This document shows, piece by piece, positions 1 to 7,201 of a DNA stretch of 24,000 nucleotides (its first letter is position 1; each line of letters begins with the position of its first letter). The notes beneath the pieces were generated by a model. It worked only from the letters and a program-made list of their open reading frames with translations. It had not been told where the DNA came from and did not search any database. The translations under genes were made by a program, and so were the position numbers. The stretch is from Lysobacter sp. GCM10012299 (GTDB taxonomy: Bacteria; Pseudomonadota; Gammaproteobacteria; Xanthomonadales; Xanthomonadaceae), in NCBI RefSeq assembly GCF_042649405.1, contig NZ_JBHRZC010000004.1, positions 103,127-127,126 on the forward strand, read 5' to 3'.

Positions 1-23
1 AATTCTAGGCTTTTACTGCCTAT

Positions 24-46
24 TTCGAGTCCCACTTCCGGCACCA
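24..46 (+). other. tRNA 3'-end fragment (att-like remnant), not an intact tRNA gene
   Basis: TTCGAGT (canonical 7-nt T-loop) + CCCAC (5 nt) + TTCCGGC (7 nt) + A + CCA matches the exact spacing of T-loop, 3' T-stem, 3' acceptor strand, discriminator and CCA. The 5 nt before the loop (CCTAT, 19-23) cannot pair with CCCAC. Bases 1-23 are AT-rich and not tRNA-like. Confidence 0.45.
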
Positions 47-58
47 GTTTCAGAACAA

Positions 59-91
59 GGGCCTGCGATCACTCGCAGGCCCTTTGTTTTT
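59..91 (+). terminator. Rho-independent terminator
   Basis: Perfect 10-bp stem GGGCCTGCGA / TCGCAGGCCC with a 4-nt loop (TCAC), followed by TTTGTTTTT. Confidence 0.8.
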
Positions 92-156
92 GCTGATTGG
101 CCGTCCACCGAACTTGGGTCCGTTGGCCATAGGGAGATGGCCGGAACCCACTACGC

Positions 157-450
157 GTGAACGCACCCATCACGGACCGGAACCGTCGAACGACGCGTCG
201 CCGGATGACCAGGGCGATGGCGACAGTCGTTGTCGCCGCGATCCTGATACTGACCGGCTATTCGCACATGTGGGCCCTGAGCCGGGGCATGCCCGACGTG
301 GCCTCCATCGCAACCGCCATCGGTTGCATCGCCCTGACCGGCCTGGCGTTGCTGGCGGCATCGCTCCGGCTTTGGGCCTGGACGTTCGCCCTTGCGTCGC
401 TGTGCATTTCGCTCCTGCTGCTGTTCTCGTTCACGGCGCTGCTCTATTGA
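157..450 (+). CDS. small hypothetical membrane protein (97 aa from GTG; about 3 hydrophobic helices)
   Basis: High GC3 codon bias in this frame. There is a basic N-terminus followed by three hydrophobic stretches. The start is uncertain (GTG 157, or ATG 205/217). No family recognised. Confidence 0.6.
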   Translation: MNAPITDRNRRTTRRRMTRAMATVVVAAILILTGYSHMWALSRGMPDVASIATAIGCIALTGLALLAASLRLWAWTFALASLCISLLLLFSFTALLY

Positions 451-535
451 GGCGCCCCCCCTGAGGTGTTGAGTTGGCGGCCACACGGCTGGGCGTATAG
501 TCCGGCCACGGTCACAGCGACAGGGGACCCGTGCC

Positions 536-1495
536 ATGTGCTATTCCGCCCAGATCTGGGCCGACTACCGGAAATTCGCCAAGGTCTTCGGCGCCACCAT
601 CAGCATCCAGGACTTCGTGCGCCTGTACTGGGAGCGCGGCAAGGGTGGCAAGGCGAAGATCCCCAAGGCGATGGACGCGGCCTTCGCTGAACCGCTCACC
701 GACCTGCAGCACGAGATCAAGGCGCTGATCGTCGAGTTCGACCGGGCCCAGACCGGCCGCTACGAGCAGGAGCTGTTCAAACAGCGCAAGCGCCTGTTCG
801 ATGCCGAGCGGATCCTGCTCGAGAAAACCACGAAGAAGGCGCTCGAGGAAAAGCGCATCGCCACCGACAAGATCGAGTGGGCGCGCGGCAAGCTTGCCGA
901 CCTGCATCGCAGCGCGCTGGTCGCCGACGATTCGCGGATCTTTCCCGGCCACTATGCGCCGGTGATGGTCTGGGAAAACGGCGCGCGCGTGATCAAGCCG
1001 ATGCGCTACCAGTGCCGGCCTGAAGGCAAGCCGGCGAACTTCGACCAGCGCTTCCCCGGCACCTACAACGCACGTCGCGACAACCTCGAAGGGTTCTGGA
1101 AGGAGCAGTTCGGCCATTCGCATGGGATCGTCGTGGTCAACGCGTTCTACGAGAACGTCAGCCGCCACGCCGTGGAGCATCGCGAGCTGCAGCCGGACGA
1201 AAAGGAAGAGAACGTCGTGCTTGAGTTCCGCCCGGAGCCGGAGCAGGACATGCTGGTCGCCTGCCTGTGGTCACGGTGGAAAGGCTCGCACGGCGCCGAG
1301 CTGTTGTCCTTCGCCGCCATCACCGACGATCCGCCGGCCGAGATCGCCGCTGTCGGCCACGACCGCTGCATCATTCCGATCAAACGCCACAACATCGACG
1401 CATGGCTCAATCCCGACCCCGACCACCTGTCGGCGATGTACGCCATCCTCGATGACCGGGAGCGTCCGTACTACGAACACAGGCTGGCCGCCTGA
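536..1495 (+). CDS. SOS-response-associated peptidase (SRAP / YedK / HMCES family) with a roughly 100-aa helical insertion
   Basis: The N-terminus is Met-Cys (MCYSAQ). YedK-like blocks are present: FPGHYAPVMV, YNARRDNLEG, GIVVVNAFYEN, FAAITDDPP..VGHDRCIIPI..AWLNP. Conserved Cys2, Asn, Glu and His equivalents are all present. An AGGGGA SD-like sequence lies upstream. Confidence 0.85.
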   Translation: MCYSAQIWADYRKFAKVFGATISIQDFVRLYWERGKGGKAKIPKAMDAAFAEPLTDLQHEIKALIVEFDRAQTGRYEQELFKQRKRLFDAERILLEKTTKKALEEKRIATDKIEWARGKLADLHRSALVADDSRIFPGHYAPVMVWENGARVIKPMRYQCRPEGKPANFDQRFPGTYNARRDNLEGFWKEQFGHSHGIVVVNAFYENVSRHAVEHRELQPDEKEENVVLEFRPEPEQDMLVACLWSRWKGSHGAELLSFAAITDDPPAEIAAVGHDRCIIPIKRHNIDAWLNPDPDHLSAMYAILDDRERPYYEHRLAA

Positions 1496-1661
1496 CGCGC
1501 CGCCCGCGCACTTTTGCCCAAGGGCGCCGCGAGGGCCTGCGTACGAACCGGTTGAGCCGCGAGACCCACGCACGGCCTAACGCCGCGTTAACAACTACGT
1601 TGGCATCGTGGCGCGAATGGGCGCCCGCCCCGTCACCAACCGACCACTAACGGGGAAATCG

Positions 1662-2120
1662 ATGACGACCGCGGACTCTTTGATGCCGCAACAGGCCGAG
1701 GCACCCACGAACAAGCAGCGGCTGTTCGTTCTCTACTACAGCGCAGTGCTCATCGACCTGGTGGTGCTGAACCTTTTCAACGAATTCTCCGAGAAGGTCC
1801 ACATCGAGTCGTTCACCGTTTCGCTGATGTGCGCGCTGTTGCTGCAGATCCTGCTGAAACTGACGATTGCCCTGGAACATTACGTCGCTGCGTACTTCAA
1901 GGCGCGCCCCGGCGGCTTCATGACCTTCATGCGCTGGTTCTCGGCGTGGCTGATCCTGTTCGGTTCCAAGTTCGTGATCCTCGAAGCGATCTCGTTCGCG
2001 TTCGGGACCGACGTCCGCTTCGACGGGCGCTGGCACGGCCTGCTGGTGCTGATCACCGTGATCGTGGTGATGCTGGTCGCCGAAGAAGTGGTCGTCAGGA
2101 TCTACCGGCGCCTGGGCTGA
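1662..2120 (+). CDS. hypothetical membrane protein (about 4 TM)
   Basis: The ORF opens at GTG 1608. ATG 1662 is preceded by GGGGAA at a good SD spacing. There are four hydrophobic segments and coding-like GC3. No family recognised. Confidence 0.65.
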   Translation: MTTADSLMPQQAEAPTNKQRLFVLYYSAVLIDLVVLNLFNEFSEKVHIESFTVSLMCALLLQILLKLTIALEHYVAAYFKARPGGFMTFMRWFSAWLILFGSKFVILEAISFAFGTDVRFDGRWHGLLVLITVIVVMLVAEEVVVRIYRRLG

Positions 2121-2178
2121 GACGGCGCACGATCAACCGGGGACGGATGGAGCCGGCCCCCACGCAACCACAGGCGTC

Positions 2179-2196
2179 CGACCCGTGCCCGGGTCG
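2179..2196 (+). promoter_or_regulatory. perfect 7-bp hairpin just upstream of the AI-2E gene SD
   Basis: CGACCCG-tgcc-CGGGTCG. No T-run follows. It ends about 10 nt before AAGGAGG (2206-2212). Confidence 0.25.
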
Positions 2197-2220
2197 GTCG
2201 ACGTCAAGGAGGATTTCCAC

Positions 2221-3354
2221 GTGAACGTAGATCAAGAAACGCTGCGCAAGCTCGTCACCGCAGACCTGGCCGAAACGCTGATCAAGGTCGGCCTGATCGC
2301 GTTCCTGGCGATCGTCTGCGTGCGCATATTCGCGCCGTTCGCGAACCTGGTGATCCTGGGCGTGATCCTGGCCATCGCCATCTACCCGCTTTACCAGGGC
2401 CTGACGCGGCGCATGGGCGGCCGCCGCGGCCTCTCGGCCACGGTACTGGTGCTGGCGCTGCTGCTTCTGCTGGGCGTGCCGATGGTGATGCTGGGCAGCT
2501 CGTTCGCCAGCCAGATCAGCGAAGTCCACCAGTCGTTCGAAAAAGGCACCTTCGCCGTACCTGCCCCGAATCCCAAAGTGGCCGAATGGCCCCTGGTCGG
2601 CGAGCGCGTGCACGCAGCATGGAGCGAAGCGGCCGACAACCTTCCGGCCTACCTGCAGAAGAACTCAGAGATCATCCGCGGTTGGCTGCGCAAAGCGCTG
2701 CTGATGGCGGCCAATGCCGCCGGCGCGATCCTGATGTTCCTCGCCGCGATAGTGGTCGCCGGCGTGCTGATGGTCTACGCCGAGGGCGGAAAACGCGCCA
2801 CCGAACGCATCCTGGTGCGGCTGACCAATCCGGCCGAGGGCGCGAGCCTGCTGAAGCTGGCGATCGCCACGGTCCGCTCGGTGGCCGCCGGCGTGGTCGG
2901 CGTCGCCTTCATCCAGGCGCTGCTGCTGGGCATGGGCTTCCTGTTTGCGGGTATTCCGGCGGCCGGCGTGTGGGCGGCCATCACGATGCTGCTGGGCATC
3001 CTGCAGCTGCCGGCGCTGATCGTCTCGTTGCCGGCAATCGGTTACCTGTGGTGGGCCGAGGACGGATCGTCGACCGGCATGAAGATCGTCTTCACCATCT
3101 ACTTCCTGATCGCCGGCATGGCCGACAACGTGCTCAAGCCGCTGCTGCTCGGACGCGGCGTGGACGCGCCGATGCTGGTCATCCTGATCGGCGCCATCGG
3201 CGGCATGGTCACGGGCGGCATCCTCGGCCTGTTCGTTGGCGCGGTGCTCCTGGCCGTGGCGTACAAACTGTTCATGGAATGGGTCGATTCGCGCTCGCCG
3301 GACATCGTGCCGACGGCGCACGTCGATTCCATCGACACGGACACTGCTCATTAG
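2221..3354 (+). CDS. AI-2E family transporter (PerM/TqsA/YhhT-like, UPF0118)
   Basis: Multi-TM protein with the characteristic C-terminal block DNVLKPLLLGRGVDAPMLVILIGAIGGMVTGGILGLFVGAVLL. GTG 2221 sits 8 nt after a strong AAGGAGG, so it is preferred over the ORF-track start at 2185. Confidence 0.85.
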   Translation: MNVDQETLRKLVTADLAETLIKVGLIAFLAIVCVRIFAPFANLVILGVILAIAIYPLYQGLTRRMGGRRGLSATVLVLALLLLLGVPMVMLGSSFASQISEVHQSFEKGTFAVPAPNPKVAEWPLVGERVHAAWSEAADNLPAYLQKNSEIIRGWLRKALLMAANAAGAILMFLAAIVVAGVLMVYAEGGKRATERILVRLTNPAEGASLLKLAIATVRSVAAGVVGVAFIQALLLGMGFLFAGIPAAGVWAAITMLLGILQLPALIVSLPAIGYLWWAEDGSSTGMKIVFTIYFLIAGMADNVLKPLLLGRGVDAPMLVILIGAIGGMVTGGILGLFVGAVLLAVAYKLFMEWVDSRSPDIVPTAHVDSIDTDTAH

Positions 3355-3376
3355 TCGCCGGAGCGCACGGCCAATC

Positions 3377-4990
3377 ATGCAGGGGACCATGCGGGGGACC
3401 ATGCGGATCATCATGCGGGCCACCTGCGGCAAGCGCGCGGCACGGTGCCTGGGGGGCGCGGCGATCCTCGCCTCGGGCCTGCTGCTCGGCGCCTGTACCA
3501 CGCTGGGGCCCGACTACGAAGAGCCGGACATCGCCTGGCTCGACGAATGGCAGACCGACCTGTACGGACAGGTGGCCAGCCCCGCACAGCAGCGCGACGT
3601 CGACCTGCAGTTCTGGTGGCATGCGTTCAACGATCCGGTCCTCAACTCGCTCATCGACACCGCGCGCAAGGAGAATCCCTCGCTGCGGATTGCCGGTCTG
3701 CGGATCATGGAAAGCCGGGCGGTGCTCGGCATTGCCAGCGCCAACCTCTACCCGCAGCTACAGCAGCTCAAGGGCTCGGCGACCTACATCGACAGCCGCA
3801 GCAGCGGCGGATCGGGCCCCGACGTCCACGACAGCTACGGCGCCTTCAGTGCCGGCTTCGACCTGGCCTGGGAACTGGATTTCTGGGGACGGTTCCGTCG
3901 CGGCATCGAATCGGCGGAAGCGGGATTCTTCGCCTCCGTCACCAACCAGCAGGACGTGCAGGTGCTGCTGGCCGCGCAGGTGGCCGATCTCTATTACGCC
4001 TACCGCACTACCGTGCTGAGGATCGACATCGCGCGCAAGAACACCGCGATCCAGAAGCGCAGCCTCGAGATCACCGAACAGTTGTTCAGCAGCGGACAGG
4101 AGTCGGAACTGGACCTGCAACAAGCCAAGGCCCAGTACCTGGGCACGCTGGCGACGATCCCGGACCTGGAAGGCCAGCTGGTGCGGGTTCGCAACGCCAT
4201 TGCCGCCGTGCTCGGCCGCAAGCCCGGCGACGTGCCGGAACTGGATACGGCGGTGCGCCCGTTGCCCATCGTCGACGGCGCGGTGCTGCGCGAGCTGCCG
4301 GCGAACCTGTTGCTGCGCCGTCGCGACCTGCGCACTGCGGCGTGGCAGGTGGCGGCGCAATCGGCGCAGATCGGCATCGCCAAGGCCGACTACTTCCCGG
4401 CCATCACCCTGCTCGGCAGCGTTGGCTGGTCGACCACGTCGCTGGGCGGCAGCCCGCAGGTGCGAAGCATCGCAGCAGGGCCGGCCATCAGCTGGAACAT
4501 CCTCGACTACGGCCGCATCGCCAGCAACGTGCGCCTGCAGGACGCGCGCCTGCAGCAGACGATCGAACTGTTCCAGAGCACCGCACTGCTGGCGGCGCGC
4601 GAGCTCGACGACGCTGCCATCACCGTGGTCAAGACCGCCGAGCAGAAGGCCCCGCTGGGCGGCGCCGCACGCGCCGCCGAACGCTCGCTGGAACTGGCCA
4701 ACAGCCAGTACCAGGAGGGCTATGCCGATTTCGAACGCGTGCTCGATGCACAGCGCGTGATGTTCACCCAGACCGAGCGCGAACTGCTCAACAACGCCGC
4801 GCACATCAGCGCGGTGATCACCCTGTACAAGGCTGCAGGCGGTGGCTGGACCGAAATGACGCCGCAGGAACTGCTGCCCGAAAACACGCGCGAGACCATG
4901 AAGACCAGGACCAACTGGGACGGCCTGCTCGAGGCGCCCCTCCCTGCCCGCCCCGAGGGGCAGCCCAGCGATAGCGGGAATCCGAAATGA
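3377..4990 (+). CDS. RND/efflux outer-membrane lipoprotein, NodT family (OMF)
   Basis: Lipobox LLLGAC followed by TTLGPDY, typical of NodT/OprM-type OMFs. Two-repeat TolC-like helical content. Alternative in-frame ATGs at 3389, 3401 and 3413. The ORF-track extension back to 3236 overlaps the upstream gene and is Arg-rich. Confidence 0.9.
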   Translation: MQGTMRGTMRIIMRATCGKRAARCLGGAAILASGLLLGACTTLGPDYEEPDIAWLDEWQTDLYGQVASPAQQRDVDLQFWWHAFNDPVLNSLIDTARKENPSLRIAGLRIMESRAVLGIASANLYPQLQQLKGSATYIDSRSSGGSGPDVHDSYGAFSAGFDLAWELDFWGRFRRGIESAEAGFFASVTNQQDVQVLLAAQVADLYYAYRTTVLRIDIARKNTAIQKRSLEITEQLFSSGQESELDLQQAKAQYLGTLATIPDLEGQLVRVRNAIAAVLGRKPGDVPELDTAVRPLPIVDGAVLRELPANLLLRRRDLRTAAWQVAAQSAQIGIAKADYFPAITLLGSVGWSTTSLGGSPQVRSIAAGPAISWNILDYGRIASNVRLQDARLQQTIELFQSTALLAARELDDAAITVVKTAEQKAPLGGAARAAERSLELANSQYQEGYADFERVLDAQRVMFTQTERELLNNAAHISAVITLYKAAGGGWTEMTPQELLPENTRETMKTRTNWDGLLEAPLPARPEGQPSDSGNPK

Positions 4991-6135
4991 GTGCAGTCAA
5001 CGACGACAAGAAGGCATCGGCTGGCGCCGGTGCAGCGCCGGACGCACAGGACCAGGCCGGCAAGACCGTGCGCAAGGGCGGACGCTGGGTAGCCGCAGCC
5101 ATCGTGCTGACGCTGCTGCTGTACCTGTTCGGCGACCGCTATACGCCCTACACGTCGCAGGCCCGCATCGAGGGTTACATCGTCGGCGTCGCGCCGAAGG
5201 TGGCCGGTGAAGTGACCAAGGTCGCCGTCGCCAACAACCAGACGGTGAAATACGGCCAGACCCTGTTCGAGATCGACCAGTCGCAGTACCGCATCGCCCT
5301 GGCCAAGGCGCGCTCGGACCTTGAGAACGTGCGCAAGCAGGTTGGCGCCGGAGACGCCACGGTCGACGCGGCACGCGCCAACCTGGCCGCCGCGCGCGCC
5401 AACGAAGTGAAGGCAAGACAGGACGCATCACGCCTGCGTCGCCTGCGCGAAACCGACCCCGGCACGATTTCCGTACGCCGCCAGGAGATTGCCGACGCGA
5501 GCCTGGAACAGGCCAAGGCGATGGTCGTGGCCGCACAGGCCGACATCCGCCGCGCCATCGAATCGATGGGCGGTGCCGATGCCGAGAAGAACACCCTGCT
5601 GGCGACGGCCCTGACCGCGGTCGACAAGGCCGAGCTGGACATGACCAATACCGTGGTCCAGGCCTCGACCGATGGTGTCATCACCGACCTGCGCGCGGAG
5701 GTCGGCCAGTTCGCCGGCACCGGCAGTCCGGTGCTGACGCTGATCGGTGTGCGTGACATCTGGATCAGTGCCGAGTACACCGAGAACAACCTCGGCCACA
5801 TGAAGGTCGGCACGCCGGTCGACATTGTCTTCGACGTACTCCCCGGTCGCGTGTTCAAGGGCAAGGTGCGCAGCATCGGCCTTGGCGTGAGCGCGGGTCG
5901 TACGCCAAACCCCGGCAACCTGCCCTCGGTCGACAACGACCGCGACTGGCTGCGGCAATCGCAGCGCTTCCCGGTGATCATCGGCATCGACCCGGGGCAG
6001 GATCCGGAGGACCGCGCCAAGCTGCGTATCGGCGGGCAGGCTTCGGTCATCGCCTACGGCGAAGGCGCCGGCATCCTGAAGCTGCTCGGCAAGATCTACA
6101 TCCGCGTTGCCAGCTGGCTCACGTATGCGTACTGA
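4987..6135 (+). CDS. HlyD-family membrane fusion (periplasmic adaptor) protein, EmrA/AaeA-like
   Basis: N-terminal TM anchor, lipoyl-like hairpin (VAPKVAGEVTKVAVANNQTVKYGQTLFEID), long coiled coil, then beta-barrel. The start overlaps the OMF stop (ATGA). Confidence 0.9.
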   Translation: MSAVNDDKKASAGAGAAPDAQDQAGKTVRKGGRWVAAAIVLTLLLYLFGDRYTPYTSQARIEGYIVGVAPKVAGEVTKVAVANNQTVKYGQTLFEIDQSQYRIALAKARSDLENVRKQVGAGDATVDAARANLAAARANEVKARQDASRLRRLRETDPGTISVRRQEIADASLEQAKAMVVAAQADIRRAIESMGGADAEKNTLLATALTAVDKAELDMTNTVVQASTDGVITDLRAEVGQFAGTGSPVLTLIGVRDIWISAEYTENNLGHMKVGTPVDIVFDVLPGRVFKGKVRSIGLGVSAGRTPNPGNLPSVDNDRDWLRQSQRFPVIIGIDPGQDPEDRAKLRIGGQASVIAYGEGAGILKLLGKIYIRVASWLTYAY

Positions 6136-6163
6136 CCGGGACTGACGAAGTGAGTGCAAGCAT

Positions 6164-7201
6164 GTGATCGCGCCCGCCGCCAGGCGTACCTTCCGGCTCG
6201 CCTCCGTGGTGGCGTTGTCGGTCGCGCTCGCCTACGGGCTGGCGATGCCGTTGCCGTTCATGGCGCCGCTGTTCGCCGTACTGCTCACCGCGACGCCTGC
6301 GCCGCCGCCGGGGCCGAAGGGCCTGCTCACGCTGCTGGTGCTGGTCGCCGTCACCCTCGGCATAGGCCTGCTGCTCAACCCGTTGCTGCTCAACTACCCG
6401 ATCACGGCCGTGCTGATCATCGCCGCCGGTCTCTACCTGAGCACCTACCTCGCCGTCGGCAAAGGCAAGGGCCTGGTCGGCACGCTGCTCTCGGTCGGCC
6501 TGACGATGATTCCGGCGGCGGGCCTCATGGGGTATGCGCTGGCGAGCCAAGTGGTCAACTCGCTGCTGATCGGAATCGCCGTGGCCGTTGCCTGCCAGTG
6601 GCTGGTGCAGCCGCTGTTTCCCGAACCGCCGCCCGCCGGACCCAAACCGCAACCTCCCGTGGTCGACCACGAGCGCGCAGCCTGGCTGGCACTGCGCACG
6701 GTGCTGATCGTGCTGCCGTCGGTGATGCTGGCCTTCACCAATCCCGGGATGTACATGCCGACCATCATGAAGTCGGTGATGCTCGCGCAACAGGGCTCGA
6801 CGATGAGTGCGCGCGCGGCGGGACGCGAACTGATCGGCTCGACGTTCCTGGCCGGCGTGTATGCCGTCGCGTTCTGGTTCGCGCTGAAGTTGTTGCCTAA
6901 CCTGTGGATGTTCACCTTGTGGATGCTGCTGTTCGGCATCCACATCGCCAGCCGGCTCTATCGCGTGGTGCCCAACCGCCATCCGCCGTCGTACTGGGTG
7001 AACGTGTTCGTGACCATGCTGATCCTGGTCGGCCCGGCCGTGCAGGACAGCACCGGCGACGATGTGCAGGGCGAGTTCGTCGTTCGCTTCTCGCTGTTCG
7101 TGCTGGTCACGCTGTACGCCTGGGGTGCGATCGTCGCGCTGGAGTGGTTGCGCGGGCGCCGGTCAGGGCGTGGCGCCACTGCGCTGGCTGTCAGCCCGTG
7201 A
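6164..7201 (+). CDS. DUF2955-like inner-membrane protein (half-size fusaric-acid-resistance/ArAE-like)
   Basis: 345 aa and polytopic. The N-terminal pattern R..RLA....L..A..LA.P.PF.AP is as I recall for DUF2955/FUSC-like proteins. Its position directly after the OMF and MFP genes supports the call. The GTG start is uncertain. Confidence 0.7.
   Translation: MIAPAARRTFRLASVVALSVALAYGLAMPLPFMAPLFAVLLTATPAPPPGPKGLLTLLVLVAVTLGIGLLLNPLLLNYPITAVLIIAAGLYLSTYLAVGKGKGLVGTLLSVGLTMIPAAGLMGYALASQVVNSLLIGIAVAVACQWLVQPLFPEPPPAGPKPQPPVVDHERAAWLALRTVLIVLPSVMLAFTNPGMYMPTIMKSVMLAQQGSTMSARAAGRELIGSTFLAGVYAVAFWFALKLLPNLWMFTLWMLLFGIHIASRLYRVVPNRHPPSYWVNVFVTMLILVGPAVQDSTGDDVQGEFVVRFSLFVLVTLYAWGAIVALEWLRGRRSGRGATALAVSP

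Noticed and set aside
1-46. Intact tRNA gene ending at nt 46
   Set aside because: The 5' T-stem half (19-23) does not pair with CCCAC, and bases 1-18 are not anticodon-arm-like. Only the 3' 23 nt are tRNA-like, so I report it as a fragment.
2586-4019. Long 477-aa plus-strand ORF, and the similar 3445..4974 ORF (509 aa)
   Set aside because: Both are extremely Arg/Ala/Pro/Gly-rich. They are alternative frames of the AI-2E and OMF genes, which have clear family motifs. They are typical shadow ORFs of high-GC DNA.
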